64,000 nucleotides of DNA from positions 17,810-81,809 of the forward strand of contig MU008204.1 of the NCBI GenBank assembly GCA_010909165.1, read 5' to 3'. Below are positions 23,044 to 36,035 of the stretch, piece after piece (position 1 is the stretch's first letter; each line of letters begins with the position of its first letter). Made by a program: the position numbers and the translations under genes. The DNA is from Anthoceros angustus. Taxonomy: Eukaryota; Plantae; Anthocerotophyta. Under the pieces are notes generated by a model. The model did not search any database and was not told the origin of the DNA. It saw only the letters and a program-made list of their open reading frames with translations.

Positions 23044-23664
23044 TTACTTCCTAGCCGCACCATCACTCTCGTGTTTCCTCTTCTTCTTGTGGTGCTTCTT
23101 GTCAGCAGCATCTCCAGCAGGATCCTTACCGCCAGCATCACCTTTCCCATCCTTATCCTTATCCTTACCCTTGTCCTTGTCTCTGTGACGGTGTTTGTGC
23201 TCCTTGTCCTTGTCCTTATCCTTGTCCTTGTGCTTCTTATGCTTCCTCTTGTGCTTCTTCCCATCCTTCTCCCTGTCATCACTCTTCCTACCTACGCACT
23301 CAGTCGGCACCCCCTTTTCCGCCTCCGGCAAAACCACCGGCGCAACCTCCCGGAACGTAAACGCCTTCCGCAAACTATCCAAATCAAGCGGCAAGATGGG
23401 ATCAGAATCCGTGGCAAGCGCCGGCCTCTCCACCAGCTGCACCAGTTCCATCCCGTCCCCTCTCCACAGCGCCGTGTCCCCTACAACGAACTTAAAGTAC
23501 CGCGCGGGGTCGATCACCCGCGGAATAGGCTTCGTGCACAGAGCCTCATACGCGCTGTTCAAGCCGTAGAAGCTCAACAGGTCCACAGCCCCGGTGCAGA
23601 AATCCGGAGTTCGAACAGCCGAATTGAGAAGCCTGAACGGGCCGCTAGACGACTCGGCCGTCAT
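23044..23664 (-). CDS. MED19: Mediator subunit MED19, intronless CDS
   Basis: TGAVDLLSFYGL..CTKPIP..VVGDTALWRGDGMELVQL..LPEAEKGVPT followed by the plant MED19 KH/KD-rich tail. ATG at 23664. Possible 5' UTR intron at 23806-23869. Confidence 0.88.
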   Translation of the reverse strand: MTAESSSGPFRLLNSAVRTPDFCTGAVDLLSFYGLNSAYEALCTKPIPRVIDPARYFKFVVGDTALWRGDGMELVQLVERPALATDSDPILPLDLDSLRKAFTFREVAPVVLPEAEKGVPTECVGRKSDDREKDGKKHKRKHKKHKDKDKDKDKEHKHRHRDKDKGKDKDKDGKGDAGGKDPAGDAADKKHHKKKRKHESDGAARK

Positions 23665-24503
23665 CCTGGACCACAACAACCCGCGCTAGCTACAATTCTT
23701 GCTCTGCCCGTGCCGGCTGATCGATCTGTTTCAGCTTCTCATCCAGCGTCTGCGGCCCTTCTTCCAACTTCCGAGCCTTCTTATCTGCCGATGCCACGAG
23801 TATACCTGCCCCACGCACAGTGTCCATGCCATACCAGCATAAGTCGTGCACACATACATACATACTTACTACACTGGTTCCATCTACCTAATCCCGAGCC
23901 CTAATACGCAACACAACCCGCAGCAGCATCACACCGAGACAGCAGAAGAAGGAAGGCATGGCAAGGAGCTCCATCTCTCACCTCCGAGGGTAGCAAGCGA
24001 CGCCGCTATCAACACCACCTTCTCCACCTTGTCGGAGCGCGTCATCGCAATTCGCAAATCGAGACGACGAATCGCGATTCGTCTCCCGGCGAGGGAGGCC
24101 GAGGCTGTGTGCGCCGCGCGGGCAGAGAGGCAGGCAGCAGACGCTCGAAGCCCGCGCAGCCGTGTTCGCAATTAATCGGCGTAATAATGTCCCAGGAGAC
24201 GGCCAACGGCCGGTCACGAGTCATCAGGACGACTCACGACTGCGCCGGGCGGGGTCGGACTCGAAACCGAAACTAAAACCGAAACAGGGCCTGCCGCGGG
24301 AACCGAACCGAGCCGAACCGGGGAGGCTCGGGCCGCGCCCGCCACAGAAGGAGTCGGCCGCGGCAGTGACGTGAGGAAGGCGCAGGCAGAATCCGCGCGA
24401 CAGCAGCAGGTTTTGCGCGCGATTGCGCCTGGGCAGCGCGGGAGGCAGGAGAAAGCGCGCCCGGCTTCATGCGGAGCAGATCCGCGCTCGCACGAGCTTC
24501 CCG

Positions 24504-27500
24504 ATGATGGGCGATGGCGCAGCGGCGGCCAGGAATTCGGCTGCCGAGGGGGCCCGGGGAGTGTCCGCCTCCTGGGGCTGGGGGATGCCTACTTTCTCCG
24601 AGTCCAGCAGGTACGCGGGCGTGAGCGAGTCCGAGGAGGAGGACGCGCATGGCCCCGGCACCGCCCCCGTGGAGGACTCCAGGAGGTTCTCGCTTCCCGC
24701 CGGGTTCGCGCTGGAGGGCAGGCCCAGGCACGCCCCCCCGCTGGTCTCCAAGGTGGTCAAGCTCAAGGAGCGCGTTGCGGTGAGTGGGGGACTGTGAATT
24801 GGACTGGGCTGCTGCAGCGGGGCCTGCCAGGCCGGGACTAATTCGTCGTGGCTTCAGACCACCAAAGAGGAAATGCTGGAGCTGAGGCAGGAGGCCAGCG
24901 ACTTGCAGGAGTACTCCAATGCCAAAATCAGCCGGTTGACGCGCTATCTTGGTGTTCTGGCGGACAAAGCACGGAAACTGGGTCAGCATTCCCGCGTTTC
25001 GCTCTGCTCGTCCTGTACTAGGTTTCGGAATGCTGTTTTGTTGTTTGTACCCGCATTGTTTGAAGGTCGGGTGGCCGCTGCCTCTGTAGATCAAGCTGTG
25101 TTGAATTTCGAGGAGCGGATTACCCCGGTGAAGCAGGAGAGGAAGAAGCTCTTCAACGATCTTATCACCGCGAAAGGTACAGCGCTCGTGGGGTGATTGT
25201 TTGGAATGCATACCGTGTGCTGTGCCTGTCGGCTCGGCTCGGGACGTTTGACTGAGTACTCGAGGAGACTTGTTCAGGCAACATTAGGGTATTCTGCCGA
25301 GTGCGTCCGCAGTTCGAGGATGAAGGACCCTCGGCAACAGCGTTTCCCGATAACTACACCCTTCGAGTCAACCCTTCCCCTCCTGGTTTCGCCGGAACGC
25401 CTACTCCCAGGAAGGAATGTGAATTCGATCGTGTTTACGGGCCTCATGTTGGTCAAGGTAAACACCGGGCTCTGTTCCGTTTGGGCTCGGCAGTTCATCC
25501 GATTCGAGTACGTTTGAGCTCAAACTTTCTTATTCTGCAGCCGATGTCTTCCATGATATCCAACCGCTGGCGCAGTCTGCTATGGATGGCTACAACGTCT
25601 CCATCTTTGCTTATGGGCAGACGGGTGCTGGAAAGACTTACACTATGGTAATATGGGAAGATCCCGTCACTGCTATAGGTTGCCTTGTTGTCAGATGGCC
25701 TGTTTCGTTACTTCACCTGGGTTGTGTACTGTTTATCAGGAAGGGCTGAGTCACGACAGAGGACTATACTTCAGGGTATTTGATGAGCTGTTTGATTTGT
25801 CCCAAGCTGACACAACTCCAACTGCAAGATTTTCGTTTCACTTATCGATGATTGAGTTATATAACGAGCAGGTATGCTGGTATGCTGTGTACTGCAGCTG
25901 TTTCTGAGGTCAGTGATGATTCGGCTGGTCTAGTCCTGTGAGCTGGAGGCATTTCACTTTCCCGAGTGCGTGATGTAGTTTGAATTCTGAATGTAGGTCC
26001 GGGATCTGTTATCAAAGACGCCCGATGAGGATTTGAAGGGTGATGAGCTCGTTGAAGTGCCAGTAGACAATCCTACAGACTTTGCACAGACCTTCAAGAC
26101 TGGCTCACAGAATAGAGCGGTTGATGCTACCAAGACTCAGCGTTACAACAGATCACACATGTTAGATTCCGGTGTCCAATCATTTGCCTAGGAGCTGTAA
26201 TCTTTGTCCTTCCACTGCTTCACTCTGTAAATGATTGAACTCTTGGTGTTTGTATAGTTCCTAAGAGGTTATGTGCGCCTTTCAGGGTTCTAACTGTACA
26301 TATCCGGTACTCTGATAGTCTAAATGGTGAGAAGCAGTACAGCAAGGTTGCTCTGGTAGACATGGCAGGCAGTGAGCGCCTTCCCAAGGCAGAGTCAAGT
26401 GGGAACCGTCTCACAGAATCGTTGCATGTGAACAAGTCCCTGTCTGCGTGAGTGTTGGTTATCTGCTATATCGTCAGCAATGATTGAGTGTCAGACTTGG
26501 CCCTTATCATTGTTTTTTCTTGTGCAGTTTGGGTGATGTCTTAGCTGCTCTTACAGCAAGGAAGGATCACGTGCCATACGGAAACTCAAAGCTGACCCAG
26601 ATCCTGGCTGATACTCTTGGTAGGTCTTGAATTGGACTTGAAGATGCAAGAGAACGAGAATCTTGACAGACAGGGCTCTGTAGGGTGATGCTGATTTGCA
26701 ATTGCATATCTGAGATGGGGGAAACCAGACTGGGTTCTAGCCATGGTTTCCAGCATGAATGTTTAGCTTGAGGGTCCTGACTTTTGCAGGGATACTCAGT
26801 TGAAGCTGGATTTGGATCTCTTAATCTCTGCAGGAGGCGATTCGAAGACGATCGTTGTCGTGAACATTAGTCCAAGCTTTGCGGATGTGCAGGAGACTTT
26901 TTCGTCTTTGAGTTTCTCAGGTCGGGCTAAAAACGTGGAGATCAGCCTTGGCAATCGAGAAACAGTGAAGAAGTGGAGAGATCTGGTATTTTCTGCCTCA
27001 TTCACTGTGATATTGTAGCTTCGAGCATCATGCTGCCATCCCAATGTTCTGTGACAGGGCTTGTGGGTGCTGCTTTCTGATCTTGTCCCTGACAGGCCAA
27101 TGATGCTCGGAAGGAGGTTTCAGAGAAAGACGCTGAAATCGCCAGTCTGCAGCTAGAGATTGAGAAACTCAAAAAGGCGGCTTCAGAGGCAGACAGTCAG
27201 TGCCTCCTTTTGTTTAATGAAGTCCAAAAAGCATGGAAGGTGTCTTCGACATTACAAACTGACATCAGCACACAGGAATCTCGCTTCAACAAATTAAAGG
27301 TTGTTCTTTCTCTTTTTTTCCTTGCCTGTGACACGACTCAATTTGAGGGCAACTTCATCTTGCTGTATGTTTCTAACTATGGGGCTGCCTGGTTGTCTTT
27401 TCAGATTGAGATAGCCGATCTTACTGAAAAGCAAAGACATGAGAGGGATCAAAACGATCACTTCATGAAGCAAATATCTCAGCTCTTGAAGACAGAGCGA

Positions 27501-30500
27501 GACCAGAAAATCCAGCTGTCAGAAAGTACAGCCAAGATTGACCAGTTGGAAGTAAGTCAATTGTTTGATATCCATGACTTTCCATCTCTGACTTGGACCT
27601 TGTGCTGACTGAATTTCCATTGATGTTGCATAGTCTAAATTAAAAGATCTGGAGCAGCAGCTGGTAGATGCTCAGTCTGCTGCGAAGCTGGCAGAGATTG
27701 CCGCTGCATCTGCCCCTGCGTTGAAGTCTGTCTCTGAGAAAGCGGAATTGCGGAGGGCTGTTGAAGAGAAGGAAACCGCCTTGTCCACAAACAAGAAGTT
27801 GGAGGAGGAGCTTCTGAAACGAGATGAGCTGATTGAGGTTAGCTGCACGATCATCACTTGGTTTTGTATCTATGGCATCCTTGCAGAGATTACAATTTTT
27901 AACTACTTTCTATTGAATATTTGGTGCTTCCTCATCAGCGTCTGCACCAGGAGAATGAGAAACTGTTTGAGCGGTTAACAGAGAAGACTGTAGCCAACTT
28001 GAGCTCTCCTAAGGCTTCGACATTGTCTACCAAGGTGTGTGTTGCTCTATATCTGTCATACCACCACTGAAGCACAGGATTGTCAGTTAGTAATGTGTTC
28101 GAGGGAGTTCTCAGGTTCCAAGGTTGGACTCCGGACGAGTGGATGACTTCAGCCTTGATGGGTCATTCAGGTGCGACTCTTGGTGTCTGAGCTGGGCCTG
28201 AACTCCCAGTAAATTTTTAGTCATGACAAAGCTTGCTGCTAGCAGCTCCTGCCTCACTTTAATGTCCCTATCTGCCACCACAGGGCAGCACGACCTCCAT
28301 CTCCGTCAAGTAAACGGTCTCCTGTGCTGGCCTCTCATGATTCAAAAGCCAGCGCAGCATCTTCTCCAGGAACCATAGCTTTGACATCATCTGAGAACAC
28401 TAAAACCACACCGGCAGGGGAGTATTTAACAGCTGCGTTGATGGATTTCAATCCCGATCAGTTTGAGGGCTCAGAGGCAGTTGCTGATGCTGCGAACAAA
28501 TTATTGATGCTGGTACGCAATTGGTCTTGATGTTGTTGATGTCGGACGGAGCCTGAGGAACATAATTTGTCACCAGGGTTGTCTCGTACTTATTTTGCGT
28601 GGCTTTCATTGTAGGTCCTGGCTGCTGTGATTAAGGCTGGTGCAACAAGGGAGCATGACATGCTTGCAGAGATTCGTAATGCTGTGTTTGCTTTCATCCG
28701 GAAGATGGAACCCAGAAGGGTGATGGATACAATGCTCGTATCCAGAGTCAGAATACTTTATATCCGCTCTCTTCTGTCTCGCTCACCTGAGCTGCAGACC
28801 ATCAAAGTAAGCCCTGAATTCCAATTTCTGGTAGTATTTGAAGCACCTTGCCAGTGTTGTCTGGGATCAGAGCCAGCGTGAAGAGCCTTGCAACTAATGT
28901 GTTGCAGTTGTACATGTGTGGCAGGTCCCTCCAGTGGACAGGTTTTTAGAGAAGCCCGGACATCATCCCAGCCGAGCAGGTCGTTCTGGACGTGGAGTCA
29001 GTCCTGCCAGGTCTCCTGTCAGTGGAGACCTTGGCGCCACCGGATCAAGAAGGGATTTGCTGGATGATCAGATCCATGCTTTCCGTGTGAACTTGAAGCA
29101 AGAGAAGAAAAACAAGTTCTCTTCATTGGTGTTAAAATTGAGGGGCATTGATCAGGTTTGTAGACCTGATCGTTGAAGTGGCGGAAGTGTTTGGTCGACC
29201 ATCTTTCGTGGTAGGCTGAGTTTTATTATCGTTGTTTGGAACAGGAAGCTTGGAGGCAACATGTGACCACTGCGAAATTAAGGGAAATGAGTGAAGAGGC
29301 TCGGGGTTACGCCATGGGGAACAAGCACCTGGCGGCTCTTTTTGTCCACAGTCCTGCTGGGGAGCTTCAGCGGCAAATCAGGGGCTGGCTGGCGGAGAAT
29401 TTCGATTTTCTGTCGTTGGCTGGTGGGGATTCGGGGACAGACGGGGGACAATTGGAGGCCCTTGCAACAGCCATAATGGATGGGTGGATGGCTGGTTTGG
29501 GTGTTCCCCATCGGCTCAGCACAGATGCTCTTGGCCAACTTCTTTCCGACTACACCAAGAGAGTCTACACATCACAGTTACAGCATCTCAAGGTTCCCCA
29601 CTGGATCCGAAATTGCTGCCTTTTGCATCCACCTGTTCAAGGAGGCGCAGTTCTCACTTGCTCTTTATCTGCCTCAGGATGTTGCAGCCACGTTGGCCAC
29701 AGAGGAAGCTGAAGATTCCTCTCAAATTGCCAAGTTACGATCCGCTCTTGAATCCGTGGAACACAAACGACGGAAGGTATTTCGAAAGTTGCGTTCGCGT
29801 AATTTTCTCCACTGTCACACAGGCCCTGGCTGAAGAGATGTTGCCTGTCTGTTATAGGTGTTACAACAAATGCGGGCGGATGTGGCGCTGCTGACCAAGG
29901 AAGAGGGCGGTTCTCCATTGCGGAATCCTTCGACTGCCAGTGAAGATGCCCGAGTAGCCTCCCTCATCTCCTTGGAGGACATCCTTAAGCAAGCTGAGGT
30001 ATTGTATTCGGGGGGAGGTGTGAGGCCATTAAGCTAATGTTTGTGTTTTGCAGGGGACTGAATGAATGTCTGATGTTGCAGGAGGTCCGAAGAGAGGCGC
30101 CTTACAAAGCTGTCCACTCTTCCAAGAAAAGGACCATGACCAACCGATTGAATTCCCTGACGGAGCGCATGCCGACTCTCCTCCCCATCGACCATCCCTG
30201 TGCACAGAAGTACATTGCCGAGGCGCAACGGACAGTGGAGGTACGGTGATGACCATCACGGTCCGTTACCCCAACTGTGCCTGCACCGTCTTGATTTCCC
30301 CCGACTGATTATTCCTTCACGTTTGCAGTCTGTGCCGGAGCAAAAAGAGGGAGGTCACCATTCGAGAGGGGAGAAATCCCTGGAGGGGCTCGGGGACCTT
30401 TCGGCGACCTCCGGCGAATGGGGTGAGCCGAGCACGACTCTGGACGGCGATATCGTGCAGTGGAGCGTCCTCCAGTTCAACAACGGGTCAGCCACGCCGT

Positions 30501-30865
30501 TCGTGATCAAGTGCGGTGCCACCCCCTCTCTGGATCTAGTAATCAAGGCTCACGCCAAAGGAGCGGACAAGGAGGTTGTGTGCGTGGTCCCACCCCCTTC
30601 GTCCCTGGGCGGCCTCGCCCTGGACGAAATCAGACACAGCCTGTCAAACCTCCCCGACGCCTTCCTCCAGCTAGCCCTGGCCAAGACGGCCGACGGAACG
30701 CGTGCCCGCTTCGCCCGCCTCTACAAGACGCTGGCCGTCAGAGTCCCGGCTTTACGGAGCAGCTTGGGAGAGTCCTCTCCCAGAGCCGTGGGGGACTCGG
30801 GAAGGAGCCGAGGTTCCAGGAGATATTCCGATGCGGATTCTGCCTCCAACGGATCTCACCACTGA
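24504..30865 (+). CDS. KAC: Kinesin-14 of the KAC/KCA type (kinesin-like protein for actin-based chloroplast movement), more than 20 exons
   Basis: [43 protein letters not shown]-loop [32 protein letters not shown], coiled coil, then the KAC C-terminal domain ([46 protein letters not shown]). First exons 24504-24779, 24858-24981, 25090-25176, 25278-25457, 25541-25647. Last exon ends at TGA 30865. Confidence 0.93.
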
Positions 30866-31923
30866 AATTTTCCCCTCCCGTCTCCAGATCCCGGTAGGCT
30901 GTCTATACCTTCCCTGCTTCCTTCCCCTTTGCTGCGTGTACCTTGTGTATTATGTTAGGCCTTGAACGCTCTACGTACCTCCATCCTCCCTTTTCTGCCT
31001 GGGAGCAATGCAGCGCCGTAAGCAACTGTGTCCTCGAGTACGTCACGTTTTATGTAGAGATGCAGACAAGAGATGTTTCCAGGCTACGAGAGTATGTTCT
31101 CACATCTGGAGGTGATCGGATGTACGTAGTGCCCTGTCCACGCGTATTTGTTGTTGCACAGCCACTCCCAAATATGTGTCTGATGAGCTTGGACTCGTCC
31201 CCGCTCGTCTTGCAGTCGGCTTGGCAGGTGACGTCGAGATCCACTAGGATCCGAGAGGGGGCGCAGCTGCAAAAGACAATATGCGCGTCTAGAGACGGGC
31301 TGGCTGCTGCAGCCTGCAACGTGATCGAATCGTGACAGGTATGTTCGTATCTTCCGGGGCCCATTCTCCACAGTGCTGCATCCTTATCCTGGCCTGCAGT
31401 CTTGAGGTACATTGCAGGCAGGAAGGAGAGTGGCCGATTCCACGTGTATGATTTTATTTGCTTGCGGAATTGGCCTTTTTCATTCAGTTGTCGGCAATGC
31501 GGATAGGTCCCGGATGAAATGATCCGGATAAGGAGAGTCGGAGGCCCTTTTGGCTAGGTGTGCAGCCTTTCTGGACTGGCCGGGCCTCTCCTCCCCTCCC
31601 CGTCCCTGGGGGCGCCTGCACGGAAGCACCTAGTCTATGTAATGTGGGCAGGCGTCGTTGCACGAAATGCCGCGTAACCTGCATGTTGGGATAGAAAACG
31701 TGGTGCGGGGGGCACATTTTTCATTCGCTGCGGGCGCCACGTCCAGGAGGGAGGGAGGGAGGGAGGGAGGGAGAGGTGGAGAGCGCGGGCGGGCGCGAAC
31801 AAATTGGAGCTCGCCTGGTGTCGAGGGCGGGACGGCGCTTTGCCATTCCGCTGTGGACATTTGATGTGAGACACCGACAGCGCGTGCTGTTGGCTGGGCC
31901 TGGCCTGGGCCTAGGAAGGAACA

Positions 31924-33381
31924 ATGGACCCGTCCTGGACGCAGGAACAGCAGCGGCGCCTGCAGATGCTGTGCCCGGATGCTCTCTTCTTGCAGCATCA
32001 GCAGCATCAGCATCAGCAGCAGCTGCTGCAGCAGCAACAGCAGCAGCTGCGGCTGCTGGCGGTGCCGCTGGCGGACGCGGACTCCTTCAAGCCGCTGCCT
32101 CGGAGCGCGTCGTCTCCCTGCCTATCGCGGCGGAATTCGGGGAGGCCGCGTTCCAGATCCTTCTCCCGGGACCTGAGCGCGCTGGGAGCGGGGGGGAACC
32201 CCGGGTCGGGGGCCAGGACGCGGCTGCAGTCGCGGAAGCTGCAGGAGCAGCAGAAGCGGAAGCAGGAGGAGGAGAAGTGGCAGGCGCAGGCCTGCGAGGA
32301 GAGCGCCATGGAGCAGGCGCTGCCGGACGACGTGCTGGAGCTCTGCCTGGTGCGGCTGCCGTGGCGGTGCCTGGTGCGGATGCGGCTCGTGTGCAAGCGG
32401 TGGCGGGCTTTGCTTCTTTCCGGCCCTTTCTTCGGCTGCGCGCGGTGTCCGGCTTCCACGAGCCCTGGATGTTCATCTTCGCCGGAGTCGCAGAACAGCG
32501 AGGCGGCCATCCTGGCCTACGACCCGGTGTACAAGAAGTCGCACTTCATCCGCGCGCCGGCCATGGCGGGAAGGAGCCACTACTCGCTGGTGGCGGGGGC
32601 GGCTGGTGTACCTCGTGGAGGCGGCGGGACCGGGACCGCGGCCTGCTCTTCGGCCTCCGCGCTGGCCTACAACCCGGTGAGCAATGCGTGGAGGAAGATG
32701 CCCCTGATGCACCACGGGCGGGACTCGCCGGCGGTGGGGGTTCTGGAGGACAAGGATGGCCGGACCCGGCTGGTGGTGGCGGGGAAGGGTTTGTCCCGCC
32801 GCAGCCTCTGCTCCGCGGAGCTGTACGACCCGGCCACCAACAGATGGAACTACATCACCTCCCTCCCGCCGCCCTTCAAGGAGGTGCGCTACGGGCAGTG
32901 CACAATGGGAAGCTGCTGGTGTACAACAGGAGGCTCAACCTCACCAACGAGGTGGCGGCCTACGACACGGACCGAGGGGTTTGGACGCGGCTGCCTATGA
33001 CGCACAGCCCCGGGGCGCCGCCTGTACCACCACTTCCACCTCATGTCCTGCGGGGGGAAGCTGTTCAAGGTGGAGGATGGGCCGCACATGAAGGAGGACA
33101 CCTCTATCAGCGTGTGGCGGCTGGAGGAGGCCCGGATGGAGTGGGTGGAGGTGGCCAAGATCCCGCCCTTGGACAAGGGCACCTGGCTGTGGTATATCGG
33201 CTCTGTGGAGGGGAAGGACGGCCAGTGCCTCATCTACCTCTACGAAGTCAACTACCCCAACCTCATGAGCATCCGCTGCTGCGTCTGCGACTTGCGCACC
33301 GGGAAGGCGCATTGGCAGTGGGTCACCGACATGCCCTACATGGTGCACCCCAACGATCTCACCGCCATTGTGCAGCTGTGA
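31924..33381 (+). CDS. F-box/kelch-repeat protein (intronless, several apparent frameshifts)
   Basis: Poly-Q N-terminus, F-box LPDDVLELCLVRLPWRCLVRMRLVCKRWR, and kelch-like repeats (AYNPVSNAWRKMP, AELYDPATNRW, AAYDTDRGVWTRLP) distributed over different frames. Confidence 0.82.
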
Positions 33382-34343
33382 ATGGGGGTTTGACACGCAG
33401 AGCCACAGAACGCCTGTGGTTGTAAAATGTGTACAAAAGATACGATTAGCTCTTCCCTCCGCCCTCTGCCTCAGGTGTATGCTGCAGCTCTCACTGATGG
33501 GTGGGAAGGAAGATGCAGCTCGGAAGTCCTAGGCTGGAAGTGACAGGCTGCTTTCCTTCTTCCATGGAGCAAGCACCTTCGGATTTTCTTTTTTTGCAGC
33601 TGGAGGTTGGGTGGGAAGAGTGCAGCTCTATACTATGTAGGTACATATGTCACGTTACTTCTACCGAGTACAGTATTCATTCATATGCAGGTCATTGACA
33701 TCCCGAGTTCATGCTGAGCCACGGCGTTGAGGTGCTCGCACTAAGCAACAGGCTTGCTGCACAATACAGCACAGCACCCTTCATTGCCTCCAACGGTGTC
33801 TGCGAAGAAGGGCAAACGTCCTCCCCTGGTTCTGCAGCATGTTTCGGGCAAGGCCGCAAGACTAAGAGTCCCAAATGGTCGCCTCATCCTCAAACTCCCA
33901 GTCTGTCGCCGGGGATGAAGATGTATTACCTTCCTAACCGGACGCGGGAGAGTTCTGTCAAGTTTAGAATGCCACGGGGTCGTCTGCTACATATGCACAC
34001 CCAGCTGTGAGCACGCTTTCGTCCATTCAGGCACAGAGCGTTTGTCAAAATTAATTCACAATTCTTTTAACTGACCAAGTGTTTCCAACTGCCAGTGTGT
34101 CGTCTGTTGCTACGATGTGATTTGCATCTCTGAGATTCGCCGGCCTTGGTTCATTATTGGAGAGGCACGGCACTTTCAGGTGTGCAAACTGGCTGTTGTG
34201 ATGGAAACTGTATGCAGCCGGAAGATGGGCTGGCAAACCCCTAACCCATGGAGTGAGAGACCCCTAAATTCAACCCACCAGCGCGGTATTCTTGTTTGCT
34301 GTGTTGGAGTGCTGCGGCCGTCAAGCCTGATTGTTTTGTGGAA

Positions 34344-36035
34344 ATGGCTAGTGAGGCCATCGACGACGCAATCGCACATCTGGATGGTTTGATTGCTAGC
34401 CTTGAGCCCCGCAGCTCGGGAGCCGATGTCACGCCTGATTCTGCTGCAGCCCCGGCAACTGCTGATAAGCCCCTTGTTCCTCCTTCGTCACAAGTAGGTT
34501 CTTCACTTTTTGCGGCACATGTGACCTAAATTCTTGAGGGGAAGGATAATGCATGACTGCAGTCTCTCCTCCCTGGAACCTCTAGCCACATGTGGCAAAT
34601 GCATCGATTTGTGGGCAGGCCCTAGATAGACACAACCGTGTTTTGGTACATTGACATGTGCACTGATTAAGCACTCGTCTACAAGGGACCTGCCTGCTGC
34701 TAGGGTTTGCGCACTAAGAACTCGTGGTTGGCAGGGAGAAGCTAGTCCGGACGTAGTTGCCCCGACCCAGGAAAAGGCTGTTGAGCAAGCACATGGCGGT
34801 GTTGGGGAACAGACAGAACCAGTACAAGGTTCCGAGCAGACCAAACCAAATGTCCGTGACGTGCAAGGGAAGAAACCTCGTGAGTTCATTTGACTCTCTC
34901 TCTCTGGAGCTCGCCACCGCCTTGATTATACTTCGCATAAGGAAGACATGAAACTGACAAGTTCCTGTATCTTGTGTTGAGCAGTTAAAACTCCTGGAGC
35001 CACTCCTCCAAAGCCCTCCGTCGTTGCACTTTCTGCTGATGCAGACAACTTTGACAAAGCCCATTTGCAGGTGATGAATCGCACAAACAGCTTCGATCAA
35101 GCACGTTATAAGTGTGTCATGTCGTCATGAACTCTCTTGTTCATTTCTGGGCGTGGTGCAGGTTGGACTGGTGCTATCTGTTGACAATCACCCAGTCTCC
35201 GAAAAGCTGTATTGCTGCAAAGTTGAAGTGGCTAATGGAGAAATTCGTAAGGTGTACACATCTTTGCTGCTTCCTTGTCTCTCGGAAAGTTGTCTTATGT
35301 TTGTTTGACCAGCGTCGCGTCAGGTTACTAAGCTCCATGTGCCTCATGTTCTTTATGGTGTGTCTTGTTTGCAGGTAGTGGCAGGTCTTCGAAAGTTCAT
35401 ACCATCTTCAGAGTTAGTTGGAAAGAAAGTGTGCGTAATTTTGAATCTAAAGCCTGCAAAGCTAGCTGGTGAAGTGAGTGAGGCGATGATCCTTGCAGGT
35501 GATGGACGATCACAGAACGGAGATGAAATCGTGAAGGTATGTATCCGCAAGACATGGGCAGCTGCCCATAACTCTTCTGTCCTTACTTGAAGGACCATCT
35601 CATGGCTGGTGCCTTGTCTCTGTGTGAAGGTTCTCGAGCCTTCTCCTGAAGTCTCAGTCGGAGACCGGGTCTATATTGAGGTTTGCTTCCACATTGCCTC
35701 AGCATCTAGTTCGTCCTTGCGATCTAGCTAACCTCCTAACATCGAGCTTACTTCTTCTCAGGGAGGCGCTCCCAGTTCAAGTCCTGCCAAGCAATTAAGC
35801 TCAAAAATCTGGGAGAAAATAGTCCCATTACTCAAAGTTGAAGGTACAGGGAATTGAACCTAATACCCTCAAAACCTGAATGTGAGCACAATATTCTCTG
35901 CTTGCTTTTTGTCACAGGTCTAACGTTTGTGCATTTTGTGCAGGGGGTATTGCAAGATTCAACGGCACGCCTTTGGTGACATCAGCAGGAGTGGTCAAAG
36001 TACCTGTTCTTCCAGACGGGGCTGGCATTCATTAA
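34344..36035 (+). CDS. Stand-alone tRNA-binding OB-fold protein (EMAP-II/Arc1p/MetRS C-terminal-like), about 8 exons
   Basis: FDKAHLQVGLVLSVDNHPVSEKLYCCKVEV, VVAGLRKFI, VCVILNLKPAKLAGEVSEAMILAG, VLEP..VGDRV, KIWEKI. Canonical GT-AG introns. ATG 34344, TAA 36033-36035. Confidence 0.85.

Noticed and set aside
23032-23904. 290-aa hydrophobic ORF on the + strand
   Set aside because: It is the antisense shadow of the KD/KH-rich MED19 CDS.
24273-25211. 312-aa minus-strand ORF
   Set aside because: It is antisense to the first KAC exons in GC-rich DNA and has no domain signal.
31776-33425. 549-aa Ala/Gly-rich ORF as a separate gene
   Set aside because: It is an alternative frame of the GC-rich F-box/kelch gene and only short stretches carry real kelch sequence because of indels.
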